A program made the translations under genes and the position numbers. From NCBI GenBank assembly GCA_964579825.1, contig CAZOHT010000004.1:16558-80557 (forward strand): 64,000 nt of DNA, given 5' to 3'. This document shows, piece after piece, positions 45,677 to 54,755 of the stretch. The notes below the pieces were generated by a model that searched no databases, was not told the origin of the DNA, and saw only the letters and a list, made by a program, of their open reading frames with translations. Within the stretch, counting starts at the first letter, position 1, and the number at the start of each line of letters is the position of its first letter. Source of the stretch: an uncultured Anaerolineaceae bacterium. Its GTDB lineage: Bacteria > Chloroflexota > Limnocylindria > Limnocylindrales > CSP1-4.

Positions 45677-48673
45677 TCAGCGCTCTCGAGCGCGGCGCTT
45701 GGCCTCGCGGAGGCGGGCCATCGTGTCAGTGTCGGCCGGGGTCGTCGGCCCGGGGGTGGCTGGTGTCGTCGGCTCGGTCCGGGCGAGCGTGGGTTCCGGA
45801 GCCGGTGGCTGGACAGGAGTCGATGCCTGGGCCGGCGTCGATGCCTGGGCCGGCGTCGATGCCTGGGCCGGCGTCGATCCCTGGGCCGGCGGCGCCGTCG
45901 TCGTCACGACCGGCGCGGCCGTGGCGACCGATGTCGCGTCCGCGCGCATCGCCGATCGAGCGGCACTCCCGGTCCGACCGCGGGCCGCCAGCAGGCCCTC
46001 GTTCGTGGCCGTCCGCGGGGCGCGCCGTCCCCGTCGCCCGCCGAGTGATGTGACCCAGCCGCGGGCCGACGCCAGTTCGCGACGCCCGATGGAGACGCGC
46101 CGGAGGGCGATGTCGAGCGGCCACAGCAACAGCGCCAGGACGAGCAGCAGCGGCCACAGGTCCGTATACCGGCTGGTGACGGTCAGGTCGCGGATCCACG
46201 GGTCCTTGGCGGTCAGGATCTCGCCGCCGCCGGTCGCGTTGCGCAGGGCGGCCAGGAACGGCTCGTTGGCGCCCAGCAGTCGGTACTCGGCCGAGGTGGG
46301 CGCCACCAGCCCGATCGTCCGCCCGAGCGGCGACGTCCCTGGCTTGATCTGGGTCACGCGCACGGCATAGGCGCCTGGATCGACCTCGCCCAACGGCGCC
46401 TCGTAGACGCCCGGGGCGACCTGGACGAGGTCCACGTTGACCGGCTCGAGCCCCGGTCCCACGACGACCGCGCTGGTGGAATAGAAGTCGCGGGCCGAAC
46501 CGTCCGCCTCGACGCTCTCGACGTGCAGCGTCGTCTTGCCGCCGACGGAGTCGAACGTGGCTTCGATGCCATCGGTCTCCTCGCCCGGGAACGTCCAGCT
46601 CACCATCTGGCTGAAGAAGCGCGAGAAGTCCTTCCAGGGCAGCCAGTCCTTGGCCCAGCGGCCCGTGGAGTCGGACGTCCAGGCGACGGACCGGCCGAGG
46701 CCGTACTGCCACTGCGCCAGGAGCGGGTCGTCGCGGCTGGTGACGAGGACGGTCTGGGCGGCCGGCTTGGCCGTCGTCCCGTTGTAGCCGAGCAACCTCG
46801 GGAGCCCGTCGTCGAGGCCACGCAGGATCGGCGACGAGGAGGTCAGGATCGGGAAGAACGGCTCCTCGACGATCTGCTCGCCGGAGACCTGCTGGGTCTC
46901 CTTGAGGAAGATGTCCGGGATGCTGGCGGGGTTGTTCGCGGCGTAGAAGCGGCCGCCGCCCTTGGTCGCGAGGCCTTCGAGGAACGGGTTGGATCCGCCG
47001 CCGGCGCCGACCGTCGAGAGGGTGATCCCGTCGGCTTTCATCTTGGCCAGGATCGCGTCGTACTGGCCGGACGACGACCAGCCGTCGGTCAGCAGGATGA
47101 TGTGGCGGCGGGTCGCGGTCACGCCCTCGAGCGACTTGACCGCTTCGTCCAGCCCGGCGTAGATGTTGGTCTGGCCGTCGGCTCGCAGACCCGCGATGGA
47201 GCCCTGGAGGTCCGCCACGTTCCCGAGCGGCTGGGTCTTGACCACCCAGTGGGCGGATTCGTTGAACGCCACGACGCCCAGCTCGTCGCGCGCGGTCATG
47301 GCCGCGGCGGCCCGCAGGATGGCCTCCTTGCCGATGTCCACCTTCTGGACACCACCGATGCCCGTGCCTCCGCCGGCCCCGTTGCCGAACGTGTTGCAGT
47401 GGCAGGCGGCCATGGACCCGGACTGGTCGATGACGACGACGAGCGCGATGTCGGGCTGCTTCTCGCGGTCGCGGACGCCCATGTCGACCGGGAGCGTCTC
47501 CTCGAGGACGGTCTTCTGGTACCCGCCGGCGCCGTAGCTGCGCGGGCCGCCGACCATGACCAGGCCCTTGCCGAGGTCGCGCACATACACCTGCAGCGCG
47601 GCCAATTGGCGATCCGACAGCCGGAGTCGCGGGACGTCCACCAGGACGACGCTGTCGTACGTCGCGAGGCTGGCGAAGTCGGTCGGCAGCGCCTCGGGGA
47701 TGATCGTGTCGACGAGCTGGCGCTGCTCCTCGAGCGCGCCTACCAGTTCCGCGGCCACGTCGTCGTCGCCCGCGAGGACGAGGGTCCGCGGTTCGCCCTT
47801 CACGATGGTGTTGGAGTCGGCCCGGTCGTTCTGGCGGAACGTGTCGCGACCGGCCTCCACGACCGCGCGGAACGTATGGAACCCGGCTTCGGTCGGGGTC
47901 AGGTCGAACGTGACCCGGGTGATCCCGGCCGATAGTTCGACCGGCTGGGTCTTGACCAGCGCGCCATCCGCGAACAGGCGGACGGTGGCGGTCTGGACGA
48001 CCGACGAGCGGATCTCCACGACGGCCTGGACCGATTCGCCCAGTCGCGCGATCGAGGGCGTCGTGAGACGTTCCACGAGGACCTCGTCTATGGCCCCGAG
48101 TCCGATCCGGCGGGTCTCGATCTGGATCCCTCGATCGGCCGCCAGCGCCGCTTCGGTCTGTCCGCCGCCGGTCGTGTCGTTGCCGTCCGACAGCAGGACG
48201 ATCCGCTTCTGGGCGTCGTCCGGGAACAGGGCCGAGGCGAGCCGGAGCGCCGAGCCGATGTCGGTCGCGGACCTGACCGGCGTCGAGGCGATCCGGTCGA
48301 TCTCCTCGAGACCCGACGGCAGTCGTTCGACCAGCGCGTCCTTGCCGAAGGCGACGATGCCGGCGACGTCGTCCTCGCCCTTCTCCGTGAGCGTCTCCCG
48401 CAGGAAGGCGAGGGCGTCTTCCCGACCGGCGTTCCCGACCGAATCGGACAGGTCGACGATGAACACGGTCGCGAGCCGGTCGACCGGCAGCACCAGTTGG
48501 AAGCCCGCCAGCGCGAACACGAGCGCGGCCAGCAGCATCGAGCGGACGAGGAGCGCCACGCGGCGCCGTCCGGCTCCCATCCGCCGACGGGCGCCGACGT
48601 GCAGGACGAACGTCAGTGCCAGCGCGGGGACGAGCAGCAGCAGGGCGAGGGGCGCGTCGAACGAGATGCCCAT
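45677..48673 (-). CDS. Large membrane protein with two VWA domains and a BatA-like N-terminus
   Basis: MGISFDAPLALLLLVPALAL...; MIDAS-like DLSDSV and DQSGSM; C-terminal TM plus a Thr/Pro/Ala repeat tail. The ATG shares one nt with the upstream stop (TGATG at 48673). Confidence 0.8.
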   Translation of the reverse strand: MGISFDAPLALLLLVPALALTFVLHVGARRRMGAGRRRVALLVRSMLLAALVFALAGFQLVLPVDRLATVFIVDLSDSVGNAGREDALAFLRETLTEKGEDDVAGIVAFGKDALVERLPSGLEEIDRIASTPVRSATDIGSALRLASALFPDDAQKRIVLLSDGNDTTGGGQTEAALAADRGIQIETRRIGLGAIDEVLVERLTTPSIARLGESVQAVVEIRSSVVQTATVRLFADGALVKTQPVELSAGITRVTFDLTPTEAGFHTFRAVVEAGRDTFRQNDRADSNTIVKGEPRTLVLAGDDDVAAELVGALEEQRQLVDTIIPEALPTDFASLATYDSVVLVDVPRLRLSDRQLAALQVYVRDLGKGLVMVGGPRSYGAGGYQKTVLEETLPVDMGVRDREKQPDIALVVVIDQSGSMAACHCNTFGNGAGGGTGIGGVQKVDIGKEAILRAAAAMTARDELGVVAFNESAHWVVKTQPLGNVADLQGSIAGLRADGQTNIYAGLDEAVKSLEGVTATRRHIILLTDGWSSSGQYDAILAKMKADGITLSTVGAGGGSNPFLEGLATKGGGRFYAANNPASIPDIFLKETQQVSGEQIVEEPFFPILTSSSPILRGLDDGLPRLLGYNGTTAKPAAQTVLVTSRDDPLLAQWQYGLGRSVAWTSDSTGRWAKDWLPWKDFSRFFSQMVSWTFPGEETDGIEATFDSVGGKTTLHVESVEADGSARDFYSTSAVVVGPGLEPVNVDLVQVAPGVYEAPLGEVDPGAYAVRVTQIKPGTSPLGRTIGLVAPTSAEYRLLGANEPFLAALRNATGGGEILTAKDPWIRDLTVTSRYTDLWPLLLVLALLLWPLDIALRRVSIGRRELASARGWVTSLGGRRGRRAPRTATNEGLLAARGRTGSAARSAMRADATSVATAAPVVTTTAPPAQGSTPAQASTPAQASTPAQASTPVQPPAPEPTLARTEPTTPATPGPTTPADTDTMARLREAKRRARER
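45819..45890 (-). repeat. 4 x 18-bp coding tandem repeat (AQASTP units)
   Basis: Plus strand gtcgatgcctgggccggc x3, plus one copy with a single mismatch. It encodes STPAQASTPAQASTPAQASTP in the tail of the VWA protein. Confidence 0.9.
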
Positions 48674-50778
48674 CAGTGGCTCCCGTCCACGGACGGCCGC
48701 CCGAAGCGAGCCCAGAGGCTCCGTCGCAGCCGGATGACCGCGTCGCGGTGGTAGACCGCCCATTCGACGCACAGCGCCACGAGGACCAGGAGCAGGATCG
48801 GGATCCACAGCTCGTCACGCGTGGAGGCCGGCGCGCCCGTCCCGGCACCGGGAGCCGGAGACGCGCCCGGCGTGGTCCCGAGCCGTTCGAGGGCGGCCGC
48901 CGAGCCGGGGGCGATCGTGGATTCGTTCACGTCGAAGAGGTCGACCGCGAAGCGCACCGGCGCGTACGGATCGACGATCGGTGGCCGACTGGCGCCGGCA
49001 CCGGCACCGGCCGATGCGCCCGGGGACGCCGACGCGACCGGCGACGAGCCGGCGGAGGGCGGGGCGCTGCTGGACGGGGCCGCGCTCGGTGTGTTCGCGC
49101 CGAGGATCGGCGTGACGGTGTAGATCCCGAGCAGTTCCGTCCGGGCGAACGTGACGCTCGCACCGCCCGTGGCGGATGCCACGAGTTCGGTCGTGGACCC
49201 GTCCGGACGGGCCACCGTCAGGCCGGTCGCGCCGCTCGGGATGGTGAGCGAGACCGGCGTTCCCGGGGCGATGGCCTCGGTCGGGGCCGCCGAACCGCCC
49301 AGCAGCTCGCCGGTCAGGTTGGCGAGCAGGATCGGGAAGCCGATCTGGAGGGGCAGGTCGGACTGGCGCGGCTCGAAGGCGAGCACGGCGGTCGGCAGGC
49401 CGGACCGGATGCCCGCGTACAGGAGCGGAGCGCCCTTCGGGCCGGGGATGACCGGGCGGGCCCAGTCGGGCAGGACGAGCTTGGTCGCCTTGGCGATGTG
49501 GGTCGTGGACAGGTCCACGTAGCGCAGGATCGGCTCGTCCGGGCTGAGCGTCCCGATGCCGGGATCCTTGAGCGTGCCGTCGACCTGGCCGAGGGCGCTC
49601 GTGCGCGGCGGGGCGATGGCCAGGATGGGGCTGTCCGGCAGGGTCGCGGGCAGCGCTGCCTCGAAGATGACGAGATCCCACGGCCGCCCGTCCGTCCGGT
49701 CCGACTTCGGCCCGTATTCGGCCGGCGTGACGCCGTACAGCTCCACGTTCGGCAGGTACGAGAGGGCGGTCTCGAGGTACGGGTCGCCCTCGCCCACGAT
49801 CAGGATGAGCCGCGTGCGATCGGGCGGGATGACGGCCCAGGCTCGGTCGTCGATGGCCAGGTGGTCCGGGGCGACACCCGCCGTCGGGTCGCGTCCGACC
49901 AGCCGGATCTCGACCGTCCGGATCTCGTTGGGCACGTCATCGATGACGACGTCGGACCGTGCCTGGGGGTCCAGCGTCACGTCGCGGGCCTCCAGGAGGT
50001 TGCCGTCGCCCCAGACCTCGATGCGGCGCTGCGCCGACTCGAGGTCCAGGTTCGCCACCCCGATGAAGACCGACCGGGTCACGGACGAGGGCGCGGTCCG
50101 GACCGCGAGGGCCACGATCGCCTGGTTCTGGCGGTCGCGCCCCACGGGCAGGACCGTGACCGGGGCATCCACCTTGGTCGTCGGGACGTTGGCCACGGCC
50201 GCGTCCGTCGCGACCAGGATCTGGGCGTCGCCTGACCGGGCTGCCAGCTTCGAGGCGAGCTCCAGTGCGTCGCCGAGGTCACCCGGCATGGTCGACGGCA
50301 CGAGGGCGTTGACGGCCTGCTTGACCCGCCCCAGGTCCGACGTCTCGTTGACCACGATCCGGGCGGACCGGTCGGCGGCGATGACGCTGACCTTGCCGCC
50401 GGTCGGCAGGTCGCGCAGCGCGTCGATCGCGGCGGCCTTCGCGGCGTCGAGCCGGGTCGGAGCGACGTCCGTGGCGGCCATGCTGGCCGAGGTGTCGAGG
50501 ATCAGGACGATGTCGCGCGCGAGTCCGGCCGGTCGCTCGAGGAACGGCCGGGCCGCCAGCAGCGCGATGACGATCACCAGCAGGATCTGGAGCAGCAGCA
50601 GGAGGCTGCGCTTGAGGCGCTGCCACGGCGCGTTCGCCTCGACGTCGGTCAGGAGGCGGCTCCACAGCAGCGTGGACGGGACGACCGCCTGGTCCCGGCG
50701 CAGCTTGAGCATGTACATCGCGAGGACCGCCGGGATGAACAGGAGCCCGAGCAGGGCGAGGGGACTGGTGAACGGCAT
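48673..50778 (-). CDS. BatA-N (double-TM N-terminal) + VWA domain protein
   Basis: MPFTSPLALLGLLFIPAVLAMYMLKLRR..STLLW (TIGR02226-like), LDTSASM MIDAS, C-terminal TM. Confidence 0.8.
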   Translation of the reverse strand: MPFTSPLALLGLLFIPAVLAMYMLKLRRDQAVVPSTLLWSRLLTDVEANAPWQRLKRSLLLLLQILLVIVIALLAARPFLERPAGLARDIVLILDTSASMAATDVAPTRLDAAKAAAIDALRDLPTGGKVSVIAADRSARIVVNETSDLGRVKQAVNALVPSTMPGDLGDALELASKLAARSGDAQILVATDAAVANVPTTKVDAPVTVLPVGRDRQNQAIVALAVRTAPSSVTRSVFIGVANLDLESAQRRIEVWGDGNLLEARDVTLDPQARSDVVIDDVPNEIRTVEIRLVGRDPTAGVAPDHLAIDDRAWAVIPPDRTRLILIVGEGDPYLETALSYLPNVELYGVTPAEYGPKSDRTDGRPWDLVIFEAALPATLPDSPILAIAPPRTSALGQVDGTLKDPGIGTLSPDEPILRYVDLSTTHIAKATKLVLPDWARPVIPGPKGAPLLYAGIRSGLPTAVLAFEPRQSDLPLQIGFPILLANLTGELLGGSAAPTEAIAPGTPVSLTIPSGATGLTVARPDGSTTELVASATGGASVTFARTELLGIYTVTPILGANTPSAAPSSSAPPSAGSSPVASASPGASAGAGAGASRPPIVDPYAPVRFAVDLFDVNESTIAPGSAAALERLGTTPGASPAPGAGTGAPASTRDELWIPILLLVLVALCVEWAVYHRDAVIRLRRSLWARFGRPSVDGSH

Positions 50779-50781
50779 CGG

Positions 50782-51747
50782 TCAGCCCAGGACCCGTCGC
50801 CGGCGCAGCTCGGCGAACATGAGGTCGGACAGGTTGGCGTCCGACGGCAGGTCGATATAGGTCGCGCGGCGCTTGGCCGCGATGTCGGCGAAGCCGGCCT
50901 TCCAGCCAGCCAGGCGTTCCTTGTACGCGTCGAGCGTCGCAAGGTCGACCGTCACGTCGATGCCTTCACCCGTCTCGACATCCACGAGGCGCAGGTCGCC
51001 CTCGAGCGGCGGATCGAGCTCGTCCGGGGACAGGATGTGCAGGACGATGAGCTCCGAGCCGGTCGCCGCGAGCTCACGGATGACGCGGTCCGCGGACGGG
51101 TCAAGCAGGTCCGACAGGAGGATCACCACGCCCCGGCCGTGGAGCTGTGCCGCGGCATGGCGGGCCGACGCGAGCAGGTCGGTCGGACCCTCGGCCGCCT
51201 CGATCGCGGACAGGTCCGCCAGCAGCCGGAAGACCCGGCCGGAGCCGCGCAGGGCGGCCCGGCGACGGGCGATCCGGCCGGACAGCGCCGTGACCCGGAC
51301 GCGATCCTCGCTGGCCAGGCCGATGTAGCCGAGGGCGGCGGCCGCGCGCTGGGCGAACAGGAGCTTGGACGGCGCGCCGAACGTCGTCGACGCCGACGCG
51401 TCGACGAGCAGACTGATCGTGACGTCCTCCTCCTCGACGAAGAGCTTCACGAACAGCTTCTCGAGGCGGGCGTAGACGTTCCAGTCGAGCTGACGCAGGT
51501 CGTCGCCGGGCGTGTAGTCGCGATAATCCGCGAACTCGACCGACTGCCCGCGCTTGACGCTCCGCCGGCCGCCCTTCAGCCCGCCGCGGACGGGCGAGCG
51601 CATGAGCAGGAGCAACCGCTCCAGCTGGCGCAGGAAGGCCTCGTCGAAGACGGTCGGGTCCACCTCGCTGGGCAGGAACGCCTGGCGCGTCCCAGCGGGG
51701 ATCGGCGCGCCGGAGGTCGAGCTGGCCTGGGGGGACGGACCGTCCAT
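50782..51747 (-). CDS. DUF58 domain protein
   Basis: FADYRDYTPGDDLRQLDWNVYAR motif. The start is ATG 51747, or ATG 51810, which would overlap the MoxR gene end. Confidence 0.75.
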   Translation of the reverse strand: MDGPSPQASSTSGAPIPAGTRQAFLPSEVDPTVFDEAFLRQLERLLLLMRSPVRGGLKGGRRSVKRGQSVEFADYRDYTPGDDLRQLDWNVYARLEKLFVKLFVEEEDVTISLLVDASASTTFGAPSKLLFAQRAAAALGYIGLASEDRVRVTALSGRIARRRAALRGSGRVFRLLADLSAIEAAEGPTDLLASARHAAAQLHGRGVVILLSDLLDPSADRVIRELAATGSELIVLHILSPDELDPPLEGDLRLVDVETGEGIDVTVDLATLDAYKERLAGWKAGFADIAAKRRATYIDLPSDANLSDLMFAELRRRRVLG

Positions 51748-51781
51748 CGCGTGGTCGCCGTGGCCGGAGGAGGTCGTGACG

Positions 51782-52792
51782 CTACTCGACCGTCGGCGCG
51801 ACGACGGCATCGAGGATGGAGCGCACGACCGACTCGGTCGTGATCCCCTCGGCCTCGCCCTCGAAGTTCAGGATGATCCGGTGGCGCAGCGCCGGGATGG
51901 CGACCGCCCGGATGTCGTCGATCGAGACGTTGAACCGGCCGTCCAGCAGCGCGAAGATCTTGCCGCCGGTCACGAGGGCCTGGGCACCGCGCGGTGAGCC
52001 GCCGTAGCGGACGTAATCGCGGACCAGACCGGGTGCCCGGGGCTGGTCCGGGTGCGTGGCGGCGAGCACGCTCACCGCGTACGCGGTCACATGCGGGGCG
52101 ATCGGCACGGCCCGGGCGAGGCGCTGCATCTCGACGATCTCGGCCGCCGTGCACACCTTCGCGGCCGTCACGGCGTCCGAGCCGGTCGTCCGATCCATGA
52201 TCGAGACGAGGTCCTCCTCCGACGGGAACGGGACCATCACCTTGAAGATGAACCGATCGAGCTGGGCCTCCGGGAGGGGGTAGGTGCCTTCCATCTCGAG
52301 CGGGTTCTGGGTCGCGAGGACGAAGAACGGCGACTCGAGCGCGAAGCGCTGTCGCGCGACGGTGACCTGGTGCTCCTGCATCGCCTCGAGCAGGCTCGAC
52401 TGGGTCTTCGGGGTCGCGCGGTTGATCTCGTCGGCGAGGATCAGGTTCGCGAAGATGGGGCCGGGCTGGAACTTGAAGATCCGCTGGCCCTCCTCCTCGA
52501 TGAGGATGTTCGTACCCGTGATGTCGGCGGGCATGAGGTCCGGCGTGAACTGGATCCGGCTGAAGCTGCAGTCGATGACGTCGGCGATGGTCCGAACGAG
52601 CATCGTCTTGCCGAGACCGGGCACGCCCTCGAGCAGCACGTGGCTGTTGGCAAGGAGTCCGGTCAGTGTCTGTCGGACGAGCGCGGCCTGGCCGACGATG
52701 ACCTGGCCGATCTCGCGTTCGATGGCTTGGGCGCGTTCCGCGAAGGCCTCAGGTGCGAGGCGTGTCTCGTCGGTCGTGGTGGGGGTCGTCAC
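51782..52792 (-). CDS. MoxR-family AAA+ ATPase
   Basis: GVPGLGKT Walker A, LILADEINRATPKTQSSLLEAMQE. GTG start is preceded by AGGAGGA. Confidence 0.9.
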   Translation of the reverse strand: MTTPTTTDETRLAPEAFAERAQAIEREIGQVIVGQAALVRQTLTGLLANSHVLLEGVPGLGKTMLVRTIADVIDCSFSRIQFTPDLMPADITGTNILIEEEGQRIFKFQPGPIFANLILADEINRATPKTQSSLLEAMQEHQVTVARQRFALESPFFVLATQNPLEMEGTYPLPEAQLDRFIFKVMVPFPSEEDLVSIMDRTTGSDAVTAAKVCTAAEIVEMQRLARAVPIAPHVTAYAVSVLAATHPDQPRAPGLVRDYVRYGGSPRGAQALVTGGKIFALLDGRFNVSIDDIRAVAIPALRHRIILNFEGEAEGITTESVVRSILDAVVAPTVE

Positions 52793-52826
52793 GTGTCCTC
52801 CTGCGTGCGCGCCGCTCGAGCGGCCG

Positions 52827-54755
52827 TCACCTCGTGGGATCGAGTGAGCTGAAGTAGTCCCGGACCAGATCCTTCACCGAGAGCGGGACATAGCCGCGCT
52901 CGAGCGAGGTCTGGGCGTAGCGATAGAAGTCGGTGTACACGTCCTCGTACGGGGTCAGCGAACCGTTGTTGGAGCCGGACCCCGTCTGGTTGCCCTGCTG
53001 GGTCTGGCCGTCGCCGCCGGTCCCCGCGATGTACGAGGGGTCGCCGGGTCGGCCGAGGCGATCGAACGGCGCGTAGACCGAGCGCGCGTCCTCGCCGAGT
53101 TCGGATGGGCGGTTCGGGTTGGTCGGACCGGCTGGCTGGCCGTTGCCACCGGTGCCGTTGCCGAGCGAGCGAGCGTTCGAACCGCCACCGCCGATGGCGC
53201 CTTGACCCTGGCCCTGACCCTGCCCTTGACCTTGACCCTGCCCCTGGCCCTGGCCCTGCCCTTGACCTTGACCCTGGCCCTGCCCCTGCCCCTGACCATG
53301 GCCCTGACCTTGGCCCTGCCCTTGACCCTGGCCCTGACCAGTCCCCGGACTCTGGCCGGCCCCCTGCCCGGCGCCTGGGCTCTGCCCGGCACCCTGCTGG
53401 CCCTGACCCTGGCCTTGACCTTGACCCTGCTGACCCTGGCCCTGCTGCCCTTGCGACGCGGTCTGCCGGCCGGCATCGGCAAGATCACGCCGTGCGTCCT
53501 GGAGTCGCGACGCGGCGGTGGAGAGGTCGCGGTTCGTGGCGACCTGCCGTTCGGCGTTGGTAAGGGCGTCGCCCAGGTTGTCCAGAGCGGACTTGGCGCC
53601 CTCCGTGTCCCCCTGGGCCAGGCTCTGGGCCGCGTCGCGAAGCGCGGTGGCGGCCGCGCCGCTGGCCTGTGACGCGGTCGCCTGCATCTCGGCGAGCTGT
53701 CGCCCGAGCTCGGCCTTCTCCGCGTCGGTCATCTCATCGAGCTTGTCGGCGAGGTCCTTGAGGTCGTCCTGCGCCGTCTCGGGATCGCCGTCCTTGTTGG
53801 CGTCCGGCTTGCCCGTCGCTGCCCGCGACAGGGAGCGGCTCAGCGACGTGAGTGATGCGGCCCGCTGTTCGTTGGCCGGATCCGTCTGGGCCCGGACGTC
53901 CGCTTCCACGGCGCCCAGGCGCGCGAGGTTGACGTCGAGGTCGCCGGGCTTGTCGCGCAGCTGGCGTGCGAGTTCACGGAGTTCCTCGGAGAGCTGGGTC
54001 CGTGGGTCCTGCGCATCCGCGCCCTTCGAGTCGAGTTCGTCGGCCAGGTCGTCGAGACGGTCCGCCTGACGCTCGGCCGCCTCCTCCACCTGGCGTTGCT
54101 GGGCGATCACCGCATCCTGCGGGTTCGGAAGGAGCAGCATCGGGACCAGGAGCAGCGCCGAGACGACGAGCGCGATCGCCGGGCGCTGCGAGAACCGCGG
54201 CTTGAACAGGTTCGGTGGGGCGATGCGGATGGCGTGGAGGGCATCGGCGCGCTGCCGGCGGACGAAGCGGTCTGTCTCGGCGGCATCGCCGCGCAGGTCG
54301 CTCGGGACGTCAGGGTCGACCGGGCCGGAGGACGCCGGGAAGGCCGCCGCCAGCTCCAGCGCGCTCGAGACGCGGTCGCCCATCCGGCCCTCGCCGTCGA
54401 CGGCCAGGGCCGTCTCGCCAAGGGTCGGGCGAGTTCGCACGATCGCCACGAGCAACCCGAGGGCGCCGACGACGGGGATGGCGGCACCGACCAGCGGTGC
54501 CGCCATGAGCGGGACGAACCGGGCGACCGTCCAGAGCGCGAGCTCCGCGACGACGACGGCCGCGAGTGCGAGCCAGGTCCGGCGGACGATGCGGCGGATC
54601 CACAGTCGCTGGCGCTGCGGCCCGAGCGCGACGAGGACGGCGGACAGGGCGGGATCGAGCGGACCGTCGACGACGGTGCGCGGATCGACGGGCACCACGA
54701 CCGGTGCGGCCGGCGTTCGGTCGCGTCGGCGGGACAGGCGTGACGGGATCCGCAT
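52827..54755 (-). CDS. Two-TM coiled-coil protein with long (GQ)n low-complexity tract (DUF4175-like tail)
   Basis: MRIPSRLSRRRD..., two TM helices, an acidic coiled-coil region, a Gly/Gln-dominated low-complexity tract, and the tail YVPLSVKDLVRDYFSSL. The ATG shares one nt with the upstream stop (54755). Confidence 0.7.
   Translation of the reverse strand: MRIPSRLSRRRDRTPAAPVVVPVDPRTVVDGPLDPALSAVLVALGPQRQRLWIRRIVRRTWLALAAVVVAELALWTVARFVPLMAAPLVGAAIPVVGALGLLVAIVRTRPTLGETALAVDGEGRMGDRVSSALELAAAFPASSGPVDPDVPSDLRGDAAETDRFVRRQRADALHAIRIAPPNLFKPRFSQRPAIALVVSALLLVPMLLLPNPQDAVIAQQRQVEEAAERQADRLDDLADELDSKGADAQDPRTQLSEELRELARQLRDKPGDLDVNLARLGAVEADVRAQTDPANEQRAASLTSLSRSLSRAATGKPDANKDGDPETAQDDLKDLADKLDEMTDAEKAELGRQLAEMQATASQASGAAATALRDAAQSLAQGDTEGAKSALDNLGDALTNAERQVATNRDLSTAASRLQDARRDLADAGRQTASQGQQGQGQQGQGQGQGQGQQGAGQSPGAGQGAGQSPGTGQGQGQGQGQGQGHGQGQGQGQGQGQGQGQGQGQGQGQGQGQGQGQGAIGGGGSNARSLGNGTGGNGQPAGPTNPNRPSELGEDARSVYAPFDRLGRPGDPSYIAGTGGDGQTQQGNQTGSGSNNGSLTPYEDVYTDFYRYAQTSLERGYVPLSVKDLVRDYFSSLDPTR
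53200..53452 (-). repeat. Hexanucleotide (CCYTGR)n coding microsatellite encoding (GQ)n
   Basis: Near-uninterrupted block 53200-53339, plus a second block around 53395-53452. Confidence 0.85.

Noticed and set aside
45726-48848. 1040-aa alternative frame on the same strand as the double-VWA gene
   Set aside because: It is an out-of-frame shadow (poly-Arg/Pro/Gly). The chosen frame has MIDAS motifs and TM segments.
51748-51810. Longer DUF58 start at ATG 51810
   Set aside because: It would overlap the MoxR 3' end by 29 nt and adds a Ser/Arg-rich head with no RBS. It is kept as an alternative only; neither start has a good SD.
53200-53452. Possible CRISPR array or non-coding satellite
   Set aside because: The unit is only 6 nt with no spacers. 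It lies in frame inside a long ORF and simply encodes (GQ)n.
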